DNA of 64,000 nt from a bacterium (GTDB taxonomy: Bacteria > Patescibacteriota > Minisyncoccia > Phycocordibacterales > JAKAEA01), in contig JAJYGQ010000003.1 of the NCBI GenBank assembly GCA_021785065.1, positions 2,470 through 66,469 of the forward strand, given 5' to 3'. Made by a program: the position numbers and the translations under genes. Under the pieces are notes generated by a model that did no database searches, had not been told where the DNA came from, and worked only from the letters and a program-made list of their open reading frames with translations. Below are positions 40,901-50,196 of the stretch, piece after piece (position 1 is the stretch's first letter; each line of letters starts with the position of its first letter).

Positions 40901-41207
40901 CGATATTCCCGTGATGAAAACATCTATTGCTACGGTAGATCTTGGCAGCACTACGCCATCACTTGATCTTGACTACGACGGCGACGGTACTATTGATGTC
41001 GTCTTTCCTCCAACGCCCGCCGGCGCTACAGCATATCCAGCCGCAGTTCAAAAACTTATCAGTGCGTTTTCTCGAAACCGAGCACATCATAAAAATATGC
41101 TAGGAAAATTAGAAAGCATCATTGAGACCATTAAAGAAAAATTTGACGATCATGTTGTTTCGTCTGACCATCCTGACCGCGCTGTTCCCACTACCTTGGA
41201 CCATTGA
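37965..41207 (+). CDS. large secreted protein: right-handed beta-helix (pectate-lyase-like) N-terminal region fused to an alpha/beta-hydrolase (lipase/esterase, GHSxG) domain
   Basis: Signal peptide; repeated NxxxS/Gxxx beta-helix-like repeats over about 450 aa; nucleophile elbow VTIVAHSNGGILAKLLL. Confidence 0.6.
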   Translation: MKFLQQCVLLGVVAVCASVLGWSPAYAAGTVPVTGDMATDTVWTADDGVYVVSSVVTIDPGATLYIEPGTIVKFSQGASLNVLGALNAAGNPVNPVYFTSFADDAVGGDTNADGSNSLPSASDTWDINFLHASYSTISGAVLRYSSGGIFNLDSRLSLASTSVAFMDNPISVSQGKLNLSNVLFSHMSQGALWIYATSSATLASTTVTNSTTGAVMVYNNSNLSARQLSVVGEQNGPALSVYNLSTATCERCALSDNATSVVVYSGSNLALNHSSIENATGTAATDFELYDPAWNTSLPRHSQATLSATTLRGGKDGIIVFGPVTLRLATTTIENFSDDGIQAYDGATLVGSSLRVSKNKNAGLEMWSTVNGSVRYSDISDNGQFGILSRTATPFAAVQNWWGSASGPHHATLNTNGSGDTVSDNVTFSPWLQDKTPPDPVDPPPCCSSVLFIPGIEASRLYATSSTLLGRLTKRAGTKEIQLWEPGFTTPINKLMLDESGASLNSVYTKDIITTTNELLPMSNIDIYKTFSGVLTTLATEGAIASWQAYPYDWRLDPQSLVENGTQLAATLSRLEPMVESLAASSKTGKVTIVAHSNGGILAKLLLSKLQAEGKSQLVDTLVFVAVPQLGTPIAIPALLSGYGQQIGMGFILNATTAQHLAQNMPAAYSFIPSAAYFHTTTSPVIFDPSLKTISDLYQNYGPVISDATSLAKFLTATTNTKRSSPIVTPANSTLLAAATRLHVSLDSWQAPSGVNVITVAGVGIDTLSATRYYARPPSFWGNLWGASATIDMSPQMTSLGDNTVVTPSAAATIPKSFTYYIDLAAYNNKSGKNRGHADILEAEPTDELLIDIIRGSVGTAASLSPVLPHFVSTTIPANYLTNASNTKTEEQISVHSPVVLNVYDDQGRHTGPVKNITAIDSALIPTESKIPNSYYLPFGEGQYVGVPLGTKGKIVLSGTAAGSATLDITAYGTTTQFSDIPVMKTSIATVDLGSTTPSLDLDYDGDGTIDVVFPPTPAGATAYPAAVQKLISAFSRNRAHHKNMLGKLESIIETIKEKFDDHVVSSDHPDRAVPTTLDH

Positions 41208-41339
41208 CATATCTTAAAAACGAGATAGTATAGGGCGACGTGTGCCAAAGACAAGAGGCATCCCATAAGCCCTCTCGAGGTTCTATTCTCACCACTTTGC
41301 CACGGGTCGATTAAGAATTTTACTCGTAGATTCGTATCT

Positions 41340-41843
41340 ATGGCTCTATCAAAAAGTAAGAAAAAGGAAGTTTTAGACAAGGTTTCGCAGATTGCTGCAA
41401 AATCAGCGTCTATGGTGTTTGTGAACTTTCATGGTTTGCCGGTAGCGGAAACCACCGAGCTGCGCCGCGATCTTCGCGCCCAGGGTGTTAGCTACACGGT
41501 TGCGAAGAAGACCCTAATGCGTCGAGCCCTCGCTAGTGATATTGGTAAAACAATAGCGGGCGAGATGCCCGAGCTCGGCGGTGAAGTGGCTATTGCCTAC
41601 AGCACCGACGACGCATTAGCGCCAGCTCGAGAAGTGTATGCTTTTGAAAAAAAGCATGAAGGAAAAATTTCCATTCTCGGTGCCGTCTTCGATAACGCCT
41701 ACATTGATCGCGATGCCACTATGGCAATTGCGAGCATCCCACCACGCCAAACGCTCTTGGGTATGCTGGTAAATGTTATCAATAGTCCTATTCAGCGAAC
41801 AGCGATAGCACTGAGTGAAATCGCAAAAACCAAAACAGCGTAA
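41340..41843 (+). CDS. rplJ: 50S ribosomal protein L10
   Basis: [15 protein letters not shown]... L10 N-terminus, followed by rplL. Confidence 0.9.
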   Translation: MALSKSKKKEVLDKVSQIAAKSASMVFVNFHGLPVAETTELRRDLRAQGVSYTVAKKTLMRRALASDIGKTIAGEMPELGGEVAIAYSTDDALAPAREVYAFEKKHEGKISILGAVFDNAYIDRDATMAIASIPPRQTLLGMLVNVINSPIQRTAIALSEIAKTKTA

Positions 41844-41889
41844 GTTTCAGTCGTCGTCCGCAATATTATTATTTCAATCATTAATTATT

Positions 41890-42303
41890 ATGGCAGAAGA
41901 AACAACAGCCGCTCCCGCCGCCGAAAAGGTGGAGGTACCGGCTCAATTCAAAACAATTGTCGAAAGTATTGAAAAAATGTCAGTGTTAGAACTGAACGAA
42001 TTAGTAAAAGTGTTCGAGAAGCGCTTCGGTGTTTCAGCCGCTGCTGTCGCCGCCGCTCCCGCCGCTGGGGCCGCTCCCGCTGCCGAAGAGAAGAGCACCT
42101 ACAATGTGCACCTGGCCGATGCCGGTGCTGGCAAGATTGCTGTTATCAAGGCAGTGAAGGAGGTGCTCGGTCTCGGTCTTAAAGAAGCAAAAGATTTAGT
42201 AGATGCCGCTCCATCAGTGCTTAAGGAAGGCATGAAGAAAGAAGACGCAGAAGCTCTCAAAAAGAAAGTTGAAGAGGCCGGCGGAAAAGTTGAGCTCAAA
42301 TAA
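41890..42303 (+). CDS. rplL: 50S ribosomal protein L7/L12
   Basis: Ala-rich hinge, C-terminal domain [19 protein letters not shown]...KVELK. Confidence 0.9.
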   Translation: MAEETTAAPAAEKVEVPAQFKTIVESIEKMSVLELNELVKVFEKRFGVSAAAVAAAPAAGAAPAAEEKSTYNVHLADAGAGKIAVIKAVKEVLGLGLKEAKDLVDAAPSVLKEGMKKEDAEALKKKVEEAGGKVELK

Positions 42304-42314
42304 TAGCAAAAATA

Positions 42315-42342
42315 TGCCCGCTCCAAGCGGGTATATTTTTAC
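42315..42342 (+). terminator. rho-independent terminator after rplL
   Basis: CCCGC-tccaa-GCGGG then TATATTTTTA. Confidence 0.6.
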
Positions 42343-42357
42343 GATATACTACATCCC

Positions 42358-42987
42358 ATGATTGAAATTCTAGAAAAATTATTTGGTTCGGGGGCCAAAG
42401 TAAAAATAATGCGATTATTTTTGTTTAATCCGCATGCCTCGTTTTCTCTGATAGATATTGCTGAACGTTCACAAGTTGCACCGGTTGAAGCAAAGCGCAC
42501 ACTTACACTCTTTGAAGATATTGGTCTCGTTAAACAGCGTCATAGTGTACGAAGCAGTAAAAAACATTCAGCTAAAAAAAGTCATAAAAAGGAAATCAAA
42601 TTTAATAACACTAGCAGTTGGAGTATCAATAAAGATTTCAGTTACCTTAGACAATTACGTGAATTATTGCTCTATCCGAGTCCGGTTCGCGATAAGGAAA
42701 TTCTCACTCGTCTTGCTCGATCAGTAAAATTGCGATTAGTAATTTTATCGGGTGTATTTCTACAAAATCTCGACGCTCGTATAGATATGCTTATTGTTGG
42801 TGATAATGTTAAAAAGACCACACTTAGTACGACGATTAAAAAAATAGAGTCTGAATTGGGTCGCGAAATAAAATATGCCGCTTTTGAGACGGCTGATTTC
42901 AAGTACCGAATGAATATGTACGACAAGCTTGTGCGCGATGTGCTTGATTATCCCCACGAGAAAATTCTTGACAAAATAGGCCTCTAG
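42358..42987 (+). CDS. hypothetical protein (N-terminal wHTH-like, C-terminal possible nucleotidyltransferase-like region)
   Basis: 209 aa; IMRLFLFNPHASFSLIDIAERSQV helix-turn-helix-like; weak similarity only. Confidence 0.35.
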   Translation: MIEILEKLFGSGAKVKIMRLFLFNPHASFSLIDIAERSQVAPVEAKRTLTLFEDIGLVKQRHSVRSSKKHSAKKSHKKEIKFNNTSSWSINKDFSYLRQLRELLLYPSPVRDKEILTRLARSVKLRLVILSGVFLQNLDARIDMLIVGDNVKKTTLSTTIKKIESELGREIKYAAFETADFKYRMNMYDKLVRDVLDYPHEKILDKIGL

Positions 42988-43019
42988 TTTCGCGTTTTGT
43001 AATCAGGCCCCCTATCTGC

Positions 43020-43047
43020 TTGACGCAAAAACCATTTCGAGTATAAT
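43020..43047 (+). promoter_or_regulatory. strong sigma70-like promoter (TTGACG-16-TATAAT) upstream of 23S rRNA
   Basis: Hexamers read directly about 270 nt upstream of the 23S 5' end. Confidence 0.6.
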
Positions 43048-43857
43048 AGCTCCTACCTGAATATGTTGATCAAAAAATTCCACTGCCGCTCGTAAAGGCC
43101 CTTAACAACGGCTTTTATGTCCGCGGCAACGCGGATTTTTTGTTTTCCGAACGATTGTTGCTTGAAAAATACATTCCGTCGCGGCACGACTTTCTAGCAT
43201 CGGCAACGATGTTAGAGGGGTCTTTATAGTGTCGTAGACGGGCAGGTAAAACAATACTGTTATTGAGAATCTTTGATTCCAGATAACAGAGTATATTAAT
43301 TGTGGTTCTTACATTTCCTGACGGGAATGTAAGGGCATATGGTGGATGCCTTGGCTTCAAAAGGCGATGAAGGACGTAGCATAACTGCGATAAGCTTCGG
43401 GGAGGTGTCGAGCAACCGTCAATCCGAAGATTTCCGAATGAGGAAACTCCCGCGTTTTAACGCGGACGTTTGCGCTTGACGCAAACGAGTATACCCAGGG
43501 AAGTAAAACATTTCAGTACCTGGAGGAATAGAGACCAATCGCGCAAGCGAATGGAATTTCCTAAGTAGCGGCGAGCGAAAAGGAATGAGCCCAAACCCGA
43601 TTCCACCTTTGCTGTTTGACGAGAGTCGAATAGCGGAGGTGCGATCGGGGGTTGTAAGGCGGTAACGTCACTTTTATAGTGAGAAGAGTTACAAAATGAG
43701 ATAGTAGCGGAACGTGCTGGAAAGCGCGGCCCCAGAGGGTAATGGCCCCGTACGCGAAACTAACTCATCTCTTTTGTTACCGTTCTTGAGTACCTCGAGA
43801 CACGAATGGCTCGGGGGAATCCAGCGGAACTAACCGCTAAGGCTAAATACTTTTGAA

Positions 43858-43897
<40 letters not shown>

Positions 43898-43967
43898 CAG
43901 CCCGGTGAGGGCGGTGAAATAGACCTGAAACCATATGCCTACAAGGAGTCAGAGCGGGGTACCACTT

Positions 43968-44385
43968 TGCGTGGTATGACGTTCTCAAAATAAAATTAAG
44001 AAAATTTATCTTTCATTCATCAAAATTTTATTGCTGAATATATACACTTTTATTGTGTACTATGTTTATGTAATACAAAGTTTGATGGATACAACCTTCT
44101 ACATAGGTTATACGAATTCAATTGATCGAAGATTGAAAGAACATAACTATAGTAAGGGTCGCTTTACCAGGAAACATATTCCCTGGAAACTTGTTTACTA
44201 TGAAGCATTTAACGACAAATTTCTAGCGAAACGTCGAGAAAAGATGCTCAAAGAAACCAGTAGGGCTTGGCAAGAATTACGAAAACGTCTCGGTGTTAAT
44301 TATCGAGAAAAAAAATCGCAAACAAATCCAGCCCAAGATATATTATTTTCTAAGTAAGTTTATAATTGAGGATGTCATAGTGCCT
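43968..44385 (+). mobile_element. about 415-nt AT-rich insertion in 23S helix-25 region (IVS-like or intron) carrying a GIY-YIG ORF
   Basis: Flanked by a perfect 13-bp helix GGGGTACCACTTT / AAAGTGGTACCCC; E. coli-equivalent position about 540-550, the classic IVS site. Confidence 0.6.
44031..44357 (+). CDS. GIY-YIG family nuclease (small stand-alone type) encoded inside the 23S insertion
   Basis: YVYVIQS...FYIGYTNSIDRRLKEHN plus downstream Arg/Glu catalytic residues. Confidence 0.75.
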   Translation: MLNIYTFIVYYVYVIQSLMDTTFYIGYTNSIDRRLKEHNYSKGRFTRKHIPWKLVYYEAFNDKFLAKRREKMLKETSRAWQELRKRLGVNYREKKSQTNPAQDILFSK

Positions 44386-46099
44386 AAAGTGGTACCCCGT
44401 CATGGCGTGCCTATTGAAGAATGAGCCAACGAGTTCTAGCATCCTGCGGGCTAAAGGCGCGAGCCTGGAGCCGCAGGGAAACCGAGTGTGAATAGCGCGT
44501 TTGTAGGATGCTAGAGACCCGAAGCCAGAGCGATCTACCCATGTGCAGGGTGAATGGTGCCGAAAGGCACCAGGAGGCCCGAACCGATAAGCCGTTCAAC
44601 ACTTTCGGATGACATGTGGGTCGAAGTGAAAAGCTAATCGAGCCTGGTAATAGCTGGTTCTCTCCGAAATAGCTTTTGGGTTAGCGTCGAATGTTCCCAG
44701 GGGGGGTAGAGCACTGGAAGGTCTCGACAGGGCGAAAGCTCGCGAGACCTATCAAACTCCGAATACTCTTGGTTAAAAGTTCGGCAGTTAGACTGTGGGG
44801 GCTAAGCTCCATTGGTCAAAAGGGAAACAGCCCAGATCTCCAGTTAAGGTCCCTAAATTTATGCTAAGTGCACTTAAGGTGGTAGAAATTCTCTAACAAT
44901 GAGGAGGTTGGCTTAGAAGCAGCCATCCTTTAAAGAAAGCGTAACAGCTCACTCATCGAGAGTTTCCGCGCCGAAGATAATCGGGGCTAAGCATAGTACC
45001 GAAACTGAGGACATTATTTTTCTTCGGAAAAATAGCGTGGTAGGAGAGTTTTCGTGTTGCGATGAAGGCGAAGGGGTGACCCACGCTGGAGCGTCACGAA
45101 GTAAGAATGTTGGCACAAGTAACCGCAATCAGTGTGAAAACCACTGACGCCGAAAGATCAAGGTTTCCTTGGCAATGACAATCAGCCAAGGGTTAGTCGG
45201 TCCTAAGGGGATGGCGAACGCCGCACCCGATGGATACATGGTTAATATTCCATGACTTTTGTGTTAGGCGATGAGAGGACGGAGTGCAGTATCCCGAGCA
45301 CCTTATTGGATTGGTGTTCGTGTCGTGAGAGTGGCGTGTAGGAAAATCCGCACGCGGCCGTAAGGCACATTCAAGCGAAGCGAAGCTGTTGAGGGCGACC
45401 TCGACCAATTCGGGAAAGCGCGCTTCCAAGAAAAGTCTCTAAGCTTACTAACACAGAAACCGTACCGCAAACCGACACAGGTGATCAGCTCGAGTAGAGC
45501 AAGGCGAACGAATGAGAAGTCCCCAAGGAACTCGGCAAAAAAGCGGCCGTAACTTCGGAATAAGGCCTGCCTATCGCAAGATAGGCCGCAGCTAAAGTAT
45601 GCTTGGCAACTGTTTACCAAAAACACAGCTCCCTGCGAACTCGAAAGAGGATGTATAGGGGGTGACACTTGACCAATGCCAGAAGGTCAACTATCGGCGG
45701 TGCGATTATATCAAGCTGACTGGTACAAGCCCTGGTGAATGTCGGTCGTAACTATAACGATCCTAAGGTAGCGAAATTCCTTGTCAGGTAAGTTCTGACG
45801 CGCACGAATAGTGTCATGACTGAGCAACTGTCTCGGGGACCCGTTCGGTGAAAATACAATACCGGTGAAGATGCCGGTTACCTGCAGCTAGACGAAAAGA
45901 CCCCGGAAGCTTTACTGCAACTTGGTATTGAGCGTACGTTGTTGATGCGTAGCATAGGTGGGAGAGGTTGAGGGCATGATCTCGGTTGTGCCGGACTCGT
46001 CAGTGAAATACCACTCTTCATAGGTGTACGTTCTAACCCGCGCGGCAAAAACGCGCGGAAACAGTACTAGGCGGGCAGTTTTAGTGGGGCGCTATCCTC

Positions 46100-47059
46100 A
46101 ACTTTGGGCGCCTCAGATTTGGTAAATGGTTCAAACGACCCTCCACCAAGTCAAATTATAAAATCAGGGGGACTTTAGTCCGTAAGGGCTATCGAAAAGT
46201 TAGCTATATGCTGGAACATCCGAGTATCTTTATGTACTCGCTCAAGTTTTTTGAGCAGTGAAAATCGTAAAGTGCGGACAATCAGCAGGAAATGCTCCTA
46301 TTCTAATATTTTTATTCAGCATAGAAGCAAATCCTCAGAGACTACACGCTAACCTCCGCGAAAGCGGATGATGATATAGTCCGATCTTTGTGGCGACACA
46401 AAGCTTACTACATATAGTAAGACCATTAATGAACACTAAGGAAATTCGGGAGTACAAAAACACTCTCAAACTTACTGACATTCAAAAATCTATTCTCGTC
46501 GGAACATTGTTGGGCGATGGACATTTAGAGACGCAAGATAACGGTAAAACGTATCGTCTCAAAATTGAACATCAGTTAGCCCAGCAAGACTACACGGAAT
46601 GGCTTCACAGCCACTTCAAAGAGTGGGTTAGAAATGGAATGTATAGAAAAGTAAAATCACAAGGTAAAGAATATGTCGGATTTACCACATATTCGCACGG
46701 CGCCTTCAGATTTTACGCTCAGCAATTTTACACTGAGAAAAAGAAACATATTCCCAGAATGATCAGTAAATTGCTAAATCCATTAGTTGTTGCGATCTGG
46801 TTTATGGATGATGGTTCGTGGAAATCAGAAAAACACGAAACCTTCATAATACATACGCTCGGATTCACAAAAGAAGATCTTACGTTGATACAAGATTCGT
46901 TTAGAAAATTGTTCAATATAGAAACTTCACTTCATCGACAAAAAGAAAGATATTGGAGGTTGTATATACGATCAAGTTCCGCAAAAGAATTTGAAAAACT
47001 AATACAACCTTACACATCACTCGTTGATTCTATGAAGAAAAAGATGGGTAACAATAAGC
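46100..47059 (+). mobile_element. group I intron in 23S rRNA (domain V, before CTAAAGAGTAACGGAGG) encoding a LAGLIDADG endonuclease
   Basis: Exon sequence resumes exactly at CTAAAGAGTAACGGAGGAG; intron contains AGAGACTACACG (P7/J8-7-like); ORF stop codon lies in the downstream exon. Confidence 0.7.
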
Positions 47060-47070
47060 CTAAAGAGTAA
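46390..47070 (+). CDS. double-motif LAGLIDADG homing endonuclease
   Basis: ILVGTLLGDGHL and VVAIWFMDDGS motifs about 100 aa apart. Confidence 0.85.
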   Translation: MATQSLLHIVRPLMNTKEIREYKNTLKLTDIQKSILVGTLLGDGHLETQDNGKTYRLKIEHQLAQQDYTEWLHSHFKEWVRNGMYRKVKSQGKEYVGFTTYSHGAFRFYAQQFYTEKKKHIPRMISKLLNPLVVAIWFMDDGSWKSEKHETFIIHTLGFTKEDLTLIQDSFRKLFNIETSLHRQKERYWRLYIRSSSAKEFEKLIQPYTSLVDSMKKKMGNNKPKE

Positions 47071-47392
47071 CGGAGGAGTCTATTAAGGTCGGCTAGGCGC
47101 GAATGGAAACCGTGCCGATAGGGCATTGCCACAAGCCGGCTTGACTGCAAGAGGTAAGTCTCGAGCAGGTGCGAAAGCAGAGCAAAGTGAACCGACCATC
47201 CGCATTAGATGCGGTGGAAGATTATCTGACAAAAGCTACTCCGGGGATAACAGGCTGGTACTGCCTAAGCGTCCATAGCGACGGCAGTGTTCGGCACCTC
47301 GATGTCGGCTCAAGATATCCTCCTGGTGGAGAAGCTAGGAAGGGTTTGGCTGTTCGCCAATTAAAATCTTACGCGAGCTGGGTTCAGACCGT

Positions 47393-47714
47393 TCAGCGCT
47401 CAAATCGGAATTTTGGAATTTTCTGAAATTTTTGACATTGAGCATTGAACCGTCTGAATCCCGAGGTTTAGTTTCAGTTCCACAACTATCTGTAACTTGT
47501 TCACGGCGGTCCCGTCGAGTAATCGGCGGTGACACAGTCAACTTATATCGGTGAAGCCCATATCGTGGGAACACGAGTGCTGGTGACACCTAGGGAATTT
47601 TGTAAATTTTTACAAATGCCCGTAGAGACTACACGTTGACTATCTTTCTCGGAGTTTATAGACCGAGTGAGATAAAAATATAGTCCATTGCACGGAGTGA
47701 TCCGTGGAAACAAG
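47393..47714 (+). mobile_element. ORF-less group I intron in 23S at the L2593-equivalent site (between GACCGT and CGTGAGACAG)
   Basis: Exon context GCGAGCTGGGTTCAGACCGT | ... | CGTGAGACAGGTTGGTC matches the I-CreI/L2593 homing site; contains AGAGACTACACG core-like element. Confidence 0.65.
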
Positions 47715-47856
47715 CGTGAGACAGGTTGGTCTCCTATCTGCTGCAGGCGTTGATTCTTGAAGAGATTTGACTCTAGTACGAGAGGACCGAGTTGAACTGA
47801 CCTCTGGTGTGGCAGCTCTGGCGCCAGCTGGACCGCTGCGTAGCTATGTCGGGAAC

Positions 47857-47889
<33 letters not shown>

Positions 47890-48072
47890 GACTCTAAGAT
47901 TAGGAATCGTTAAGACCCGTGGGAGATGACCACGTTGATAGGCACCAGGTGTACGCACAGTAATGTGTTGAGCCGAGGTGTACTAATTGGTCGATCTTGT
48001 CAGGAAATGTACGAAGCACAAAATATACTCTGTTACCTGGAATTACAAAGAAATTAAAACATTGAATGTTGT

Positions 48073-48186
48073 GTTCTGGTGGTTCGTCGCGGAGGTCACA
48101 CCTGATCTCATTCCGAACTCAGAAGTTAAGCTCCGTTGAGGCGATGGTACCGTCTATGGATGGGAGAGTAGCTCGCCGCCGGAACA
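48073..48186 (+). rRNA. rrf: 5S ribosomal RNA
   Basis: CCTGATCTCATTCCGAACTCAGAAGTTAAGC and GGGAGAGTAGCTCGCCGCC blocks. Confidence 0.9.
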
Positions 48187-48222
48187 GAGTATTCAATTTT
48201 TATATGATAGAATAGTAGTATT

Positions 48223-49056
48223 GTGTCGTGGTCAACGAAACGTAAGATTATTTACTTGGCTATTTTCATCGCCCTCGTTGCGGTGTTTTTAGGTTTTTTC
48301 CTATATTCTATAACCCGCCACACCGCGACTTGTTTCGATGGTATACAAGATGGCAACGAAACAGGTGTTGACTGTGGTGGGTCGTGTGTTCGACTTTGTT
48401 CTGATCAAGAGCAGCAGCCTATTGTGCTCTGGTCACGAATTTTTGCAATTGCTCCGGGGGTGTATTCGGCGGCGGCGTATGTTCAAAATCTTAATGCCAC
48501 CGCCCAAGCATTTTCTGTCCCGTACACGTTTACTTTTTGGAGCGCTACTGGGCAGTTACTCGGTAGCCGGTCGGGAACAACGTTTATCCCTGCTGGTCAA
48601 AATTTTACTGTCATTGAAAGTGATATTAGCGCCAGTCAACTTACCGCATCATCAACTCTTTCAGTTAACACGTCAGTAAAGGTGGGGCAGCAACTTCCCG
48701 CGAGAACCGATTTTCAGTTTGGGCCTATCCTCTGGGAGGTGGCACCAACAGCTACTCGCGATTTTAACGCTCTGCAAATAAGCAACCTGCAAACCTCGTT
48801 TTCTACGACGTCTACGCCGCGTGTTGAGGCCGATATCGCTAACGTTTCGTATACTGATTTGCCTCGCGTGGATATCTCCGCTATTCTGTACGATGCTTCT
48901 GGTAATGCTTTGGGCGTTTCTAAAACATATATTAGTAGCTTACCGCAGCAAGTTAGTAAACACATTGTCTTTACCTGGATTACACCGTTTGCAACGCCGC
49001 CAACACGCGTAGAATTGTTGCCTGTCGTTAATGAACCTCAACCTACCCCAAATTAA
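48223..49056 (+). CDS. hypothetical membrane-anchored protein
   Basis: 277 aa, N-terminal TM, Cys-rich juxtamembrane region; no family recognised. Confidence 0.45.
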   Translation: MSWSTKRKIIYLAIFIALVAVFLGFFLYSITRHTATCFDGIQDGNETGVDCGGSCVRLCSDQEQQPIVLWSRIFAIAPGVYSAAAYVQNLNATAQAFSVPYTFTFWSATGQLLGSRSGTTFIPAGQNFTVIESDISASQLTASSTLSVNTSVKVGQQLPARTDFQFGPILWEVAPTATRDFNALQISNLQTSFSTTSTPRVEADIANVSYTDLPRVDISAILYDASGNALGVSKTYISSLPQQVSKHIVFTWITPFATPPTRVELLPVVNEPQPTPN

Positions 49057-50185
49057 TTCTTTTTTTAGCCGTCTTTTTCAAGCCGTTGATCCTCTTTTGC
49101 TAGCTGCCATTATTCCTATTATGGCGGCTGGATTGGTGACCATGAACGCCTTTTCTGGTTCCAATCCGTTTTTTTTGCATCAAATCATTTGGATTTTTAT
49201 TGCTCTCGCTATATTTTTTGGTATTAGTTTTGTCGATGTTCGCTTTTTACGACGTCCGGCGGTAGTAACGACGCTTTTTATCGCGGTGGCAGCGCTGCTC
49301 GCTATGCTTTTTGTGATGGGACACATTTCTCGCGGGGCGGTGAGTTGGTTTCGACTCGGGCTCTTTTCCATCGAGCCGTCAGATCCCGCGCAAATTATTC
49401 TCGTGATTGTGTTGGCAAAATATTTTTCTCGGCGGCATGTTGAAATTGCCAATATCCGACACGTGATTGTGTCCGGGGTCTACGCCCTTATTATTGCGCT
49501 GCTTATTCTCGTCCAGCCGGATTTTGGCGTGTCTATTATCGTATTGTGCATATGGTTTGGTATGATACTTGTCTCGGGTATTTCTAAAAAACACCTCGCG
49601 ACGGTAATTATGATTGGCCTCGTTGCTTTCGCGGGGCTCTGGTTTTTTGGTTTTAAGGAGTACCAGCGTCAGCGCATTGAGATATTTCTTCATCCACTCA
49701 CCGATATTCAGGGGGCGGGATATAACGCGTATCAGTCTGCTATTGCGGTCGGTTCGGGCGGTCTCTTGGGAGAGGGAATTGGCTACGGTACACAGTCTCG
49801 TTTAAATTTTTTACCCGAGTATCAGACCGACTTTATCTTTGCTGCCTTTGCTGAAGAGTGGGGACTAATCGGTGTTGTTATTCTATTTGCTCTCTATGCA
49901 ATTATTATTACAAGAATATTACAAGCGGCCGTATCGGGCGTCTCTAATTTTGAAGTACTTTTTGGTCTTGGTTTAGCAATTTTCTTTCTTAGTCACATTA
50001 TTATTAATGTGGGTATGAATATTGGTCTACTGCCTGTAACTGGTGTCACCTTATCGTTTATGAGCTATGGCGGTTCACATCTTGTTACCGAATTTGCCGG
50101 CCTCGGCATTCTTATGAGTATGCGTCGCTACCGATTATTGGTTGGTCGGGAGGCGGCGAAGCAGGAAATTGTTGGCCTCTCCTAG
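49031..50185 (+). CDS. SEDS-family peptidoglycan glycosyltransferase (FtsW/RodA)
   Basis: 10-TM layout, conserved SEDS blocks (PDFGVSIIVL, LPEYQTDFIFAAFAEEWGLIGVV). Confidence 0.85.
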   Translation: MNLNLPQINSFFSRLFQAVDPLLLAAIIPIMAAGLVTMNAFSGSNPFFLHQIIWIFIALAIFFGISFVDVRFLRRPAVVTTLFIAVAALLAMLFVMGHISRGAVSWFRLGLFSIEPSDPAQIILVIVLAKYFSRRHVEIANIRHVIVSGVYALIIALLILVQPDFGVSIIVLCIWFGMILVSGISKKHLATVIMIGLVAFAGLWFFGFKEYQRQRIEIFLHPLTDIQGAGYNAYQSAIAVGSGGLLGEGIGYGTQSRLNFLPEYQTDFIFAAFAEEWGLIGVVILFALYAIIITRILQAAVSGVSNFEVLFGLGLAIFFLSHIIINVGMNIGLLPVTGVTLSFMSYGGSHLVTEFAGLGILMSMRRYRLLVGREAAKQEIVGLS

Positions 50186-50196
50186 CTTGTTTTTAG

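Noticed and set aside
43115-43360. 81-aa minus-strand ORF upstream of 23S
   Set aside because: It overlaps the 23S 5' leader and start, and has no SD. It sits in the rRNA promoter/leader region.
43466-43492. Second copy of the promoter-like TTGACGCAAA inside 23S
   Set aside because: It lies within a small 23S expansion hairpin (CGTTTGCG-CTTGA-CGCAAACG). This is coincidental similarity to the upstream -35 region, with no -10 partner.
45303-45668. ORF-track proteins overlapping the 23S, 5S and 16S rRNA genes (for example 45193..45429, 45303..45668, 47335..47875, 55964..56342)
   Set aside because: They lie entirely within rRNA sequence, which is identified by universally conserved blocks. These are spurious reading frames.
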